From the NCBI GenBank assembly GCA_902628375.1, contig CACOMS010000006.1, positions 5,200-69,199 on the forward strand: a DNA stretch of 64,000 nucleotides. Direction: 5' to 3'. The DNA is from an uncultured SAR86 cluster bacterium (GTDB lineage: Bacteria; Pseudomonadota; Gammaproteobacteria; Magnimaribacterales; Magnimaribacteraceae). The notes beneath the pieces were generated by a model, which was given only the letters and a program-made list of their open reading frames with translations, was not told the DNA's origin and ran no database searches. Made by a program: the position numbers and the translations under genes. Below, one piece after another: positions 27,204-36,908 of the stretch (positions are counted from its first letter, which is position 1; each line of letters begins with the position of its first letter).

Positions 27204-28093
27204 CGGATCACCATCATCATCATGCTCCTAGTAGTGATAGAGGCTTAATTTCTGCAGTAATAATCAACTTAACTTTAACAATTGCTCAAGTTATAGGTGG
27301 AGTTATCTCTGGAAGTTTATCTTTAATTGCAGATGCTCTTCATAATTTAAGCGATGCAGCCTCTTTAGGAATAGCTTTATTTGCTAGAAAGATTAGTAGA
27401 AGACCAGCTGATGAAGATAAAAGCTTTGGCTATCAAAGAGCTGAAACTGTAGCGGCACTTATCAATTTAACCTTACTTGTTGTTATAAGTTTATATCTTA
27501 TTTATGAAGCTGCTTGGAGAGTTATAGAGCCAAAGATAATAACAGGCTGGATAGTAATTATTGTTGCTGGTATAGCTTTGGTCGTAGATATGATTACTGC
27601 TCTCATCACCTTCAGGATGTCAAAACACAGCATGAACATGAAAGCAGCTTTTTTGCACAACCTTTCAGATGCTCTTGCTTCTTTGGGAGTTATAGGAGGA
27701 GGAGCTTTAATTCTGATTTATCAGTGGTATTGGGTTGATGCTGTAATTACTTTCTTAATAGCAGGTTTGGTTCTTTGGCAAGGTCTAAAAATGTTACCTA
27801 AAACTATTCATCTATTGATGGAAGGAACTCCTGAGGACATCTCTTTTGATGAGATAAAAGAATCCATGGAATCCATTTCTGGAGTTAGCGATGTGCATCA
27901 TATTCATGTATGGAGCTTGGATGAAATAAGAATAGCTCTAGAGGCGCATGTAGTTGTCATAAGTGAAAACTTAAGTGATGTGGAAAAAATTAAGGATCAA
28001 TTAAAAGCCATGCTAAATGATAAGTTTAATATTAATCATTCCACACTTGAATTCGAACATTCAATAGATGCAAGTTGTGAAGAAAATGATTAA
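27200..28093 (+). CDS. Cation diffusion facilitator (Zn/Co/Cd efflux, CzcD/ZitB-like)
   Basis: 297 aa; N-terminal 'MTDHHHHHAP'; TM2 'ALHNLSDA' and TM5 'FLHNLSDA' (HxxxD pairs); C-terminal 'HHIHVWSL'; ATGA overlap with upstream gene. Confidence 0.85.
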   Translation: MTDHHHHHAPSSDRGLISAVIINLTLTIAQVIGGVISGSLSLIADALHNLSDAASLGIALFARKISRRPADEDKSFGYQRAETVAALINLTLLVVISLYLIYEAAWRVIEPKIITGWIVIIVAGIALVVDMITALITFRMSKHSMNMKAAFLHNLSDALASLGVIGGGALILIYQWYWVDAVITFLIAGLVLWQGLKMLPKTIHLLMEGTPEDISFDEIKESMESISGVSDVHHIHVWSLDEIRIALEAHVVVISENLSDVEKIKDQLKAMLNDKFNINHSTLEFEHSIDASCEEND

Positions 28094-28126
28094 AGTAGCC
28101 TTTTATTTTTATCTGGGGAGAAGTTT

Positions 28127-29290
28127 ATGAGTTATGCAGAAAATAGAAAGATTATAGATGCGGATAGTCACGTTATCGAACTAGATGATTTTCTCCATCT
28201 AGCTGCAAGCGAAGCAGATAAGAGTTTAATTCCTTCAATGGATTCACAAAACCAGTTGCCTGTAGTTCAAGCTGGACTTGACAGAGGAAGAGAGCTATTT
28301 AAGAAAAGACAAAGTGATCCAGAAGTGTTGTCTAAATTTGATGATTTAATATTAGATAACTCAAAGAGCGGATGGAATAGGGTCGGTGCATTTGATCCGC
28401 AAGAAAGATCTCATGCTTTAGATGTTTTTGGTTATGCGATGCAATGGATATTACCTACTTTTTCTTTCCATCAAGTAGCTCACACTTCAGATATGAAAGT
28501 TTTAGAAGTAGGGGCCAAAACTTTAAATAAAGCCATGGCTGGCTTCTGCTCTCATGACGATAGACTAAAAGCCATAGGTTATTTACCTTTAAAGTTAGGA
28601 CCTGAAAAAGCCATGGAAATAATGCAAGAAGGACTCGATCAAGGTTGCTACTCTTTTATGATAGATACAAATGAACCTAATGATCAAAACAAATCATTTA
28701 CTCATCCTGATTTTGATCCGATTTGGAAAAAATTCACCGAAGTTGGTTCTCCTTTTGTAGTCCATGTCGCTGTAAATGGTCATTACAAGGCGGTACCTGA
28801 TAGCTTCAAAAATAATGGAAAAACAGAATTAGAATTGGGAGGTGATGCTCCAGCAGGAGAATTGGGTCTCATGACAATAAATAGCAGTGCTGAACTATTT
28901 CTTTCAGCTATGATCTTCGATGGTGTCTTTGATAGGCACCCTAAGTTAAAAGGTATTTCCATGGAGCATGGTGCTTTTTGGCTACCTTCTTGGTTAAAAG
29001 CTCTTGATTACACAGCTTCTTTATTTAAAAGAAAAAGAGAATTTACAGAATTGCCATCAGAAGTTGCAAAAAAACACATAAAAGTATCACCATTTGCTGG
29101 AGAACCATTGGGTTGGATCATAGAAAATGTAGGGCCAAATATGTTGGTTTACGCTTCGGATTATCCCCATCCTGAAGGAACTTCAGATCCTATAAGAAAG
29201 TTTGAAGCAACTATGACTAATTGTGATCAGGAAACTATGGATGCTTTTTATCATGGTAATATGGAAGAGCTAATGGGAATTAAGATATAA
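28127..29290 (+). CDS. Amidohydrolase-2 (ACMSD/LigW-like) family protein
   Basis: 387 aa; 'IIDADSHVIELD', 'YASDYPHPEG'; paralogue of 10353..11564. Confidence 0.75.
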   Translation: MSYAENRKIIDADSHVIELDDFLHLAASEADKSLIPSMDSQNQLPVVQAGLDRGRELFKKRQSDPEVLSKFDDLILDNSKSGWNRVGAFDPQERSHALDVFGYAMQWILPTFSFHQVAHTSDMKVLEVGAKTLNKAMAGFCSHDDRLKAIGYLPLKLGPEKAMEIMQEGLDQGCYSFMIDTNEPNDQNKSFTHPDFDPIWKKFTEVGSPFVVHVAVNGHYKAVPDSFKNNGKTELELGGDAPAGELGLMTINSSAELFLSAMIFDGVFDRHPKLKGISMEHGAFWLPSWLKALDYTASLFKRKREFTELPSEVAKKHIKVSPFAGEPLGWIIENVGPNMLVYASDYPHPEGTSDPIRKFEATMTNCDQETMDAFYHGNMEELMGIKI

Positions 29291-29307
29291 ACACTAAGGA
29301 GAGAAAG

Positions 29308-29916
29308 ATGCTGAAATTACATTTTGCACCAAATTCAAGAGCAGGAAGAATTGTCTGGTTATTGGAAGAGTTAGGACTCCCATATGACATTAATAAGATG
29401 GCTTTTCATCCACAAGATTTAAAATCAGATGAACATAGATCAAGGCATCCATTGGGAAGGGTTCCAGTTTTAGAAGATGGTGAAATTTCTATTTATGAAT
29501 CAGGAGCAATTGTTGAATACATAATTGAAAGACATAAGAATGGAGGACTAAAACCTGAGGTTGCATCTGATCTTTACCCTATGTTTCTTCAGTGGTTTCA
29601 TTATTGTGAAGGCATGGTTATGCCTCCAATCAATACCATCATTGTTCAAACTATCTTGCTGCCTGAGGATAGAAGAGATGAAACTGCTTTAGGGCAAGCT
29701 CAAAGGTTATTGTCGAAAGCTCTAGCACCAGTAGAAGAAAATTTAGAGGGAAAAGATTACTTGATAGGAGATTTTTCAGCTGCTGACATAATGCTTGGTC
29801 ATTCTTGTTTTATGAGTAATAGACTAGGCTGCGTAACAGATGAAATGACTAATCTAAAAGCCTATGTTGAGAGAATTCAACAAAGACCTGCCTTTAAAAC
29901 AGCAATAGAGATGTAG
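29308..29916 (+). CDS. Glutathione S-transferase
   Basis: 202 aa; 'LGRVPVLEDGEISIYESGAIVEYI' GST N-domain motif. Confidence 0.8.
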   Translation: MLKLHFAPNSRAGRIVWLLEELGLPYDINKMAFHPQDLKSDEHRSRHPLGRVPVLEDGEISIYESGAIVEYIIERHKNGGLKPEVASDLYPMFLQWFHYCEGMVMPPINTIIVQTILLPEDRRDETALGQAQRLLSKALAPVEENLEGKDYLIGDFSAADIMLGHSCFMSNRLGCVTDEMTNLKAYVERIQQRPAFKTAIEM

Positions 29917-29935
29917 AGTCTCTCGATCTAACTTA

Positions 29936-31258
29936 TTAATTCAAGTTAGATTTATAAGTTTCGCTAAGCATCATCACTGAAAGAATGGTGAGAGTAGATG
30001 CTATTGCTATGTAGACAGAAACCCAAATAATGCTGTACTCAGTCCAAAGAGTTACGGCTATAGTAGGAGCTAAAGCTCCACCAACTATAGCACCTAGTTG
30101 ATAACCTAAAGACGCTCCTGAATATCTTACTTCTGTAGAGAAAAGCTCAGTAAAGAAGGCTGCTTGAGGACCATACATCATTGCTAAGAAAGTGAGACCC
30201 CCAGTAATGGCCAAAACAGTTAACCAGAAGTTACCTGTATCAACTAATGGGAATATAGCAAAGGCCCATAAAGCCGTTAAAAATGCCCCCAGCATAAATA
30301 TTCCTCTTCTTCCATGACGATCTGAGTATGAAGAGAATACAAACTGAACAGGTACCATAATCGCTGAAGAAATTAGGACGGCTGTTAACATATCATCTCT
30401 AGTCATATTTGCGCTTTGTACCCCATAAGCTAGAAGAAAAGCTATTAATATATAAAAAGTAACTTGTACTGATAGGAACGCACCTGCAGCTAAAAGAATT
30501 CTTTTCGGGTATTTTTGTATTGCTAACAATATTGGAGATTTTGAGATAGTAGGTTCTGATTCTGAAGAGCTTTCTTTTTCATGTTTAGAAGCTTCTAATT
30601 CTCTAAATGCCTTTGTGTCTTCCAAATTTAATTGGATATACATACTTATTCCAATGAGAACAGCACTTGCAATGAAAGGAATCCTCCATCCCCAAGTATT
30701 AAAAAATTCATCCGAAACCATGGCACTGATGGTTATAAAAGCTAGATTAGCCAAAATTACTCCAACAGGAGCTCCCGCTTGAGCAAATGCTCCGTAGAAA
30801 CCTCTTTTATCATCAGGAGCGCTTTCAGTAACTAATAACATAGCTCCTCCCCATTGGCCTCCTATAGCTAATCCTTGCGCAAATCTTAAAATCGTAAGAA
30901 GGATAGGAGCGGCAACACCTATCATTGCATAAGTAGGAAGCAAACCAATTAAAGTAGAAGCAGTACCCATTAACACTAATGCCAACACTAGCGTTCTCTT
31001 TCTACCTATTCTGTCACCAAAGTGCCCAAAAATAATTCCACCTACAGGCCTGGCAATAAAACCTACAGCAAAAGAACCAAAGGATAGAAGTAAAGCTGTA
31101 GTTGGTGTTGCTTCTGGAAAAAAAGCTTTAGGAAAAATTAAAGCAGCAGCAGCTCCGTAAAGGAAGAAGTCATACCATTCTATGCTAGTCCCTGCTAAGG
31201 CAGTTAATGCAACTTTACGAATATTAGATTCTTGATTTTGAGTTTGATCGTTTGTCAT
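29936..31258 (-). CDS. MFS transporter, metabolite:H+ symporter (MHS) family
   Basis: 440 aa; 'EWYDFFLYG', 'GHFGDRIGRKRTL', 12 TM. Confidence 0.8.
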   Translation of the reverse strand: MTNDQTQNQESNIRKVALTALAGTSIEWYDFFLYGAAAALIFPKAFFPEATPTTALLLSFGSFAVGFIARPVGGIIFGHFGDRIGRKRTLVLALVLMGTASTLIGLLPTYAMIGVAAPILLTILRFAQGLAIGGQWGGAMLLVTESAPDDKRGFYGAFAQAGAPVGVILANLAFITISAMVSDEFFNTWGWRIPFIASAVLIGISMYIQLNLEDTKAFRELEASKHEKESSSESEPTISKSPILLAIQKYPKRILLAAGAFLSVQVTFYILIAFLLAYGVQSANMTRDDMLTAVLISSAIMVPVQFVFSSYSDRHGRRGIFMLGAFLTALWAFAIFPLVDTGNFWLTVLAITGGLTFLAMMYGPQAAFFTELFSTEVRYSGASLGYQLGAIVGGALAPTIAVTLWTEYSIIWVSVYIAIASTLTILSVMMLSETYKSNLN

Positions 31259-31381
31259 TAGTTCCCCCTTTAGCTATTCTTTGTAAAACCGAAACAAATT
31301 GCAACTAAAAGTAGGAGAAAAAATTAGTTATTAGCGTATAGGTGGAGGAAATAGTTAAATAGATTATGGACAAGTAGAGAT

Positions 31382-32041
31382 TTGAAAAAAGTAGCTTTAA
31401 GGAATATTCATAGATATCTAAGTCTATTCATTTCTATACAATTTTTGTTATGGACCATCTCTGGAGTTTTCTTTTCCTTCAATAAAATTGAGGAAGTTAG
31501 AGGAGAGCAATATCTTCTTGAGTCTAATGAAATGGATTTTTCTATAAACAGTCCAATAAACATAAATTCATCAGAGGAAATAAAATTTTTTTACAGATTA
31601 GATGATCTGGTTTATGAGGTTAATTTAGGAGGCAGTTCTTATGTCTATCATCAAGATGGAAATCCCATAGCAAAACTTTCTTTTTCTGAGGCCAAAGAAA
31701 TAATACAAACTAAAACAAATTTAACACCAATTTCTGTTGGTGAAATCTCTAAAAATGAAAGAGGTTCTGAGTATAGAGGTCGACCTCTTCCTTTATTTAA
31801 AGTTGAGTCTCTGAATAAAGACGAGAAAGTTATTAATGTTTATTTAGACCCATATTCTGGTCAAATACGAGCAATTAGATCAACTCAATGGAGAATGTGG
31901 GATTTTCTTTGGGGATTACATATTATGGATTGGACTGATAGAGATAACTTTAATAATAATTTTATTAAGTTCTTTTCAGTTCTGGCTTTTATTAGCGCTT
32001 TATCAGGAATCTTGTTGTTTTTTAAAACTCGAAGAACTTAA
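31382..32041 (+). CDS. PepSY-type membrane protein
   Basis: 219 aa; TTG start; 'IHRYLSLFISIQFLLWTISG' N-terminal TM, soluble middle, C-terminal TM 'FSVLAFISALSGILLFF'. Confidence 0.5.
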   Translation: MKKVALRNIHRYLSLFISIQFLLWTISGVFFSFNKIEEVRGEQYLLESNEMDFSINSPININSSEEIKFFYRLDDLVYEVNLGGSSYVYHQDGNPIAKLSFSEAKEIIQTKTNLTPISVGEISKNERGSEYRGRPLPLFKVESLNKDEKVINVYLDPYSGQIRAIRSTQWRMWDFLWGLHIMDWTDRDNFNNNFIKFFSVLAFISALSGILLFFKTRRT

Positions 32042-32587
32042 ATGATTAGTAACTTCTCTCACTCGTTAGTATTAGAGGAAGATATACCATCAATACAAGA
32101 AATTATGGAACTTTCTATAAATAGCCTTCAAAAGGATTATTTAGATAGAAAACAAATAGAGGCTTCTCATGAAGCAATGGGATTGGATATAGAGCTTATA
32201 GAGGATAAAACTTATATAAAAATAATAAACTCGGATAATAAAATTATAGGTTGTGGGGGATGGGGAAAAAGAAAAACATTATTTGGCGGCACTCATACTA
32301 GAGATAGAGATGAAACCTTTTTAGACCCTGTAAAAGATTCAGCTAAAATTAGAGCAATGTACACCCATCCGAGTTGGGCAAGAAAAGGTGTAGGTAGCTT
32401 GGTGCTTGAGATCTCAGAGAGTCTTGCAAGAACAGAAGGATTTAAGAGTTTTGAGCTTATGGCTACTTTATCTGGCGAACCTCTTTATAGGAGATATGGT
32501 TATAAAGTTGTTGAAGAGATAGCATGGAAGAGCTCAAAAGGAATTCTTATCCCTTTAAAGAAAATGATAAAAGAAGATGGAATATAA
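32042..32587 (+). CDS. GNAT-family N-acetyltransferase
   Basis: 181 aa; acetyl-CoA site '[14 protein letters not shown]'; ATG abuts previous stop. Confidence 0.75.
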   Translation: MISNFSHSLVLEEDIPSIQEIMELSINSLQKDYLDRKQIEASHEAMGLDIELIEDKTYIKIINSDNKIIGCGGWGKRKTLFGGTHTRDRDETFLDPVKDSAKIRAMYTHPSWARKGVGSLVLEISESLARTEGFKSFELMATLSGEPLYRRYGYKVVEEIAWKSSKGILIPLKKMIKEDGI

Positions 32588-32966
32588 AGAGAACAATCTA
32601 GATCTTAAGCCAGAACTATTGGAAGGAGAATTTGTGTTTCATAGTTTGGTTGATGCTTCTTATGAGGAATTTAAGGAAATGAATCCAATAGCGTCAATTC
32701 AAGAAAAGGAAGGTTTAACCTTGGTAATACCTAAGGAAATTGCAGACAGACAAAACATCTCTTATGAATCTAGCTATAGCTGTATTTCTTTGGGCTTAGC
32801 TTCAGACTTAGACGACTATGGGCTTACGGCTTTGATTTCCGGGAAACTAAATGAAAGCAAGATCAGTGCTAATATTTTTGCTGGAAAATATCACGATCAT
32901 ATTTTTGTTCCTTCAAATAAAGCCAAAGAAGCATTATTAGTGCTTAATGATTTAGATAAGAATTAA
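32577..32966 (+). CDS. ACT-domain-like small-ligand-binding protein (tentative)
   Basis: 129 aa; '[10 protein letters not shown]...[17 protein letters not shown]' resembles ACT_7-type proteins; overlaps GNAT gene by 11 nt. Confidence 0.4.
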   Translation: MEYKENNLDLKPELLEGEFVFHSLVDASYEEFKEMNPIASIQEKEGLTLVIPKEIADRQNISYESSYSCISLGLASDLDDYGLTALISGKLNESKISANIFAGKYHDHIFVPSNKAKEALLVLNDLDKN

Positions 32967-32978
32967 AGAAAAATTAAA

Positions 32979-33004
32979 GCTTATGGTTAATTTAACCTAT
33001 AAGC
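32979..33004. terminator. Possible AT-rich hairpin between convergent genes
   Basis: GCTTATGGTTAA / TTAACCTATAAGC inverted repeat with one bulge; overlaps the stop of the minus-strand gene; no clear U-run. Confidence 0.3.
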
Positions 33005-33920
33005 AATTTAATAAGAATTGGACAGAATCTTTATGGCTTTTTCTTCTTGCTTCCCAGCTACCACCTAGATGAGCTCCTATTTTTGCTCTATCTTTAAATA
33101 ATTGAGCTCTTTCGTGAGGTTCATTCATGAATGTCTTATTGCCTTCCTTATCTTCATGATAATGAGAACCGTCCTTCCCAACAAAAGTGTGTCTACGACC
33201 AACTGCTATAGCATTAGGTATATACATAACAGGGTCTATTGCATCAAATGAGTGATGACCGCCTTCATAAGAAATTATTTTACTGTTACCCCCATTTTCA
33301 TTGATCGCAGGAGATAATTTTTCTATAAGAACTGGAGGGGTGTAATCATCATCTGCTCCAATGAGAGTTAAGATCGGAGATTTACTCCATCTCATTTCTT
33401 CTGGCCACATAAAGGCACCAGGATAAAAGGCCAAGTGGCCTGCAAATCTTTCTCCATCAGGAGCAAGTTTTTCTGCTAGTGGTTCCCAAGCAGAATAGAT
33501 TGCAGTACTTCCACCAAGACTCCAACCAGTTATAAAAACCTTAGAGGAATCAATATCAGGGTGTTTGGATAAAACCTTTAAGGCATTAAAGCAATCTGCA
33601 AGCACTGTCGCTAATGTCACCTGCATTTGATCTTCAACAATTGAAAAAACTTGCCTAGCTTCAAAGCTGCTGACTCTGAAGATAGCGAAACCATTGTTCA
33701 AAAAGTTTACTGCATGTTCATGATGATGTCCTCTCCAACCCAAGCTTCCATGCATACAAATCACCAAGGGGCATTTCTCTTTCTTTTCTTCAGGAAAAAT
33801 CAACGTGCCAAACATGTCCTGTTCTTCTGATTCTTTAGAATTCAAAATATGAAAGAATTCAAATGGGTTTGAAGATTTATAGGTTACTAGCCCTTCGTCG
33901 CCTGATTTAAAGTTGTTCAT
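32997..33920 (-). CDS. Dienelactone-hydrolase-like alpha/beta hydrolase
   Basis: 307 aa; 'LVICMHGSLG', nucleophile elbow 'ITGWSLGGS', 'YEGGHHSF'. Confidence 0.7.
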   Translation of the reverse strand: MNNFKSGDEGLVTYKSSNPFEFFHILNSKESEEQDMFGTLIFPEEKKEKCPLVICMHGSLGWRGHHHEHAVNFLNNGFAIFRVSSFEARQVFSIVEDQMQVTLATVLADCFNALKVLSKHPDIDSSKVFITGWSLGGSTAIYSAWEPLAEKLAPDGERFAGHLAFYPGAFMWPEEMRWSKSPILTLIGADDDYTPPVLIEKLSPAINENGGNSKIISYEGGHHSFDAIDPVMYIPNAIAVGRRHTFVGKDGSHYHEDKEGNKTFMNEPHERAQLFKDRAKIGAHLGGSWEARRKSHKDSVQFLLNCL

Positions 33921-33996
33921 AATTTATATTAGTCTATTTCCTTCTGATAGATAATAAAAGCTCTATATTCTTGTGTTTAGGATAAAATAATTTTTA

Positions 33997-34188
33997 GTGA
34001 TTTGTATTAAAACAGAAATTCCAGAAGAAATATGCAAGATAGATGATGAGCTTAAAGCTATCTATCATAGTAAAGATTCAGTTTGTATTTGGGTCTTCAA
34101 GTCAAAAGATGACAGAAACCGTTTTATGGAAGAGACTATTGGAATGCTGAAAGACGAAAGGCAGGAATATTATGAGTCTAACTTTTAA
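33997..34188 (+). CDS. Questionable 63-aa ORF (GTG start)
   Basis: Only ORF in the 251-nt gap; charged, non-repetitive sequence, but GTG start with a weak RBS; overlaps the next gene by 17 nt. Confidence 0.3.
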   Translation: MICIKTEIPEEICKIDDELKAIYHSKDSVCIWVFKSKDDRNRFMEETIGMLKDERQEYYESNF

Positions 34189-35812
34189 GAAACCAACAAT
34201 ATTATTTTTTATAACCCTTATTTTACTTGGATGTTCTGAAGGTAATAAAGAATCTAAAGATACTCCAAGTATAGAGACATTTAGGTCTTTCTTGGAGGTA
34301 TTAGCTTCAGACGACTTTGAAGGAAGAGCACCAGGGACACCAGGTGGAATAAAAACCAAAGAATTTATTGCTGAAGAGTTTTCTAAGTTAAATTTAGAAA
34401 AATTTAACGGTTCTTACCAGATGCCAGTCAAGCTAACAGAAATAACGCTTGATGTTGAAAAGTCTAATTTTTCAATTTCCTTAGAAGGAAAGGGGTTAAA
34501 TCTTCGTAATGCTAAAGATTATGTTTATTGGACAAAAAGACAGATAGAAGAAGTATCTTTTAAAGATAGTGAGTTAGTTTTTGTTGGTTATGGAATAAAT
34601 GCCCCGGAATACGAATGGCTTGATTATGACTCAATAGACGTCAGAGGAAAGACATTGGTCATGTTAATCAATGACCCAGGGTTTGAGTTACAAGACCCAA
34701 GCTTGTTTAAGGGAAAGGCGATGACCTATTACGGAAGATGGACTTATAAGTTTGAAGAGGCAGCTAGAAGAGGTGCGGAAGCCGTATTAATTATTCATGA
34801 AACGGCACCAGCAGCTTATGGGTGGCAAGTAGTTGAGACAAGCAATGTCGGACCTCAATTAGATTTATATTTTGAAGACAAAAATTTAAATCGAGTTAGC
34901 TTAGAAGGGTGGATAACAAAAGACACTGCAGAAAAACTTTTCTCTTCTATAGGAAAAAGTTATCAAGAAATGAAAGAGTTTGCTTTATCTAAAAATTTCC
35001 GCCCTGTGAACCTTACTGGTTTATCTTTATCTTCTGACATAAAAAATGAAATTAGATTTGCTGATTCTCATAACGTTGTAGGTTTTATTAAGGGTCAAGA
35101 GAGAGCAGAAGAATATCTTATGGTTATGGCTCATTGGGATCACCTAGGTATAAACAGCGTAGGAGAAATCTATAACGGTGCTGCTGATAATGCCACAGGA
35201 ACTGCAATGGTTATGGCCTTAGCTGAATACCTTTCACAAGAGGATTTTAAGAGATCTATAATATTTGCCACTGTAACTGCAGAGGAGTCTGGGCTTCTAG
35301 GTTCGGGATATTTAGCAAACAATCTTCCTTTCAAGGAAAATCAAATGGTAGCAGGCCTTAATCTAGATGCTTATTTTGCTTTTGGGAGAGCCAAAGATCT
35401 ACAGGTACTTGGATATGGTGCATCAGAGTTGGAAGATCTTATGCTTGAATCAGCTAAGAAAAAAGATAAATATCTTTCTCCTGATTTTCAGCCTGAAAAA
35501 GGACTTTTTTACAGATCAGATCATGTAAATTTTGCTAAAAAAGGTATTCCTGTTTTATATATAGACCCAGGAGTAGATATGTTAGAGGGCGGTATAGAAA
35601 GAGGAAAACAGTTGATTAATTCTTATTATATTGGAGGTTGCTATCATCAGGTATGTGATGAAATTACCAAAGAATGGAAATATGATGGAATCGAAGAGGA
35701 TTTGTGGATCTTTGCTGATTTTCTAAAATCTTTAGCTAACTCTGAGGAATATCCAAATTGGTATGAAGGAAATGAATTCAAATCTATAAGAGATCAATCT
35801 ATAAACAAATAA
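34172..35812 (+). CDS. M28-family Zn aminopeptidase lipoprotein with PA domain
   Basis: 546 aa; lipobox 'LILLGCSEG'; 'MAHWDHLG', 'GAADNATGTA', 'TAEESGLLGS'. Confidence 0.85.
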   Translation: MSLTFKKPTILFFITLILLGCSEGNKESKDTPSIETFRSFLEVLASDDFEGRAPGTPGGIKTKEFIAEEFSKLNLEKFNGSYQMPVKLTEITLDVEKSNFSISLEGKGLNLRNAKDYVYWTKRQIEEVSFKDSELVFVGYGINAPEYEWLDYDSIDVRGKTLVMLINDPGFELQDPSLFKGKAMTYYGRWTYKFEEAARRGAEAVLIIHETAPAAYGWQVVETSNVGPQLDLYFEDKNLNRVSLEGWITKDTAEKLFSSIGKSYQEMKEFALSKNFRPVNLTGLSLSSDIKNEIRFADSHNVVGFIKGQERAEEYLMVMAHWDHLGINSVGEIYNGAADNATGTAMVMALAEYLSQEDFKRSIIFATVTAEESGLLGSGYLANNLPFKENQMVAGLNLDAYFAFGRAKDLQVLGYGASELEDLMLESAKKKDKYLSPDFQPEKGLFYRSDHVNFAKKGIPVLYIDPGVDMLEGGIERGKQLINSYYIGGCYHQVCDEITKEWKYDGIEEDLWIFADFLKSLANSEEYPNWYEGNEFKSIRDQSINK

Positions 35813-35821
35813 AGGAAAATT

Positions 35822-36898
35822 ATGAAAAATTTAAAGGATGAAATTAAGTTTCCATGTGGCTTATCTATGAAAAATAGATTTATGCTTGCTCCATTAACTA
35901 ATACTCAGAGCCATGAAAATGGAATTCTTTCAGATGATGAATTTAATTGGTTAACCATGAGAGCAAGAGGTAATTTTGGACTAACCATGTCTTGTGCTTC
36001 CCATGTTCAAGAAATTGGTAAAGGCTTTCCCGGTCAGTTAGGAATTTTTGGCGATGAACATATAGAAGGTTTAAAAAGATTAACCGATGAAATTAAATCT
36101 CATGAAAGTTTAGCTGTTGCTCAGTTGCATCATGCTGGAATGAGATCTCCGGAAGATATTATAGGAGAGCAGCCCGTTTGTCCTTCAGATGACGAAGAAA
36201 CTAACTCAAGAGCCTTAACTCTAGATGAGGTAAAAAGATTGAGAGATGACTTTATTGAAGCCGGAGTTAGAGCAAAGAAAGCAGGATATGAAGGAGCAGA
36301 AATTCACGGAGCTCATGGTTATATTCTCTGTCAATTCTTAAGTTCTGATATCAATAAGAGAGAAGATGAATACGGAGGAACCTTAGAAAACAGATCAAGA
36401 ATCATTTTTGAGATAGTAGACGGCATTAGAGACAAATGTGGATCTGAATTTTTATTGGGAGTTAGATTATCTGCAGAAAGATTTGGAATTAAATTAGGAG
36501 AAACAAAGGAAGTATGTAAAAAACTTATTGATACTAATAAAATAGATTTTTTAGATATGTCACTTTGGGATTCCTTTAAAGAACCAGTAGAACAAGAACA
36601 TAAAGGGAAGATTTTACTTGAGCATTTTACAGAACTAGATTTTAAAGATGTTAAGCTAACAGTAGCAGGGAATATAAGAACAGGTGAAAATGTTCATAAA
36701 GTCCTTAATAATAAAGTAGATTTTGTAACCATAGGAAGAGCAGCTATTCTTCATCATGATTTCCCTGAGAGAGTAATGGAAAATCCAGATTTTGAACCAA
36801 TAGAGCTACCCGTTCCAAGGTCCCATTTAATTAAAGAAGGCTTAAGCAAGAAATTTGTTGAATACATGGGGGCTTGGCCTGGTTTCGTAGGAGAATAA
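35822..36898 (+). CDS. NADH:flavin oxidoreductase (Old Yellow Enzyme family)
   Basis: 358 aa; 'MLAPLTN', 'AGYEGAEIHGAHGYILCQFLS', 'RLSAERF'. Confidence 0.85.
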   Translation: MKNLKDEIKFPCGLSMKNRFMLAPLTNTQSHENGILSDDEFNWLTMRARGNFGLTMSCASHVQEIGKGFPGQLGIFGDEHIEGLKRLTDEIKSHESLAVAQLHHAGMRSPEDIIGEQPVCPSDDEETNSRALTLDEVKRLRDDFIEAGVRAKKAGYEGAEIHGAHGYILCQFLSSDINKREDEYGGTLENRSRIIFEIVDGIRDKCGSEFLLGVRLSAERFGIKLGETKEVCKKLIDTNKIDFLDMSLWDSFKEPVEQEHKGKILLEHFTELDFKDVKLTVAGNIRTGENVHKVLNNKVDFVTIGRAAILHHDFPERVMENPDFEPIELPVPRSHLIKEGLSKKFVEYMGAWPGFVGE

Positions 36899-36908
36899 GG
36901 TACATATT

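Noticed and set aside
33921-34171. Structured RNA in the 251-nt gap (inverted repeat GATAGAT...ATCTATC around 34038-34066)
   Set aside because: It has a single 7-bp AT-rich stem with a 15-nt loop. The gap is also covered by a possible 63-aa ORF, and I could match no known RNA motif.
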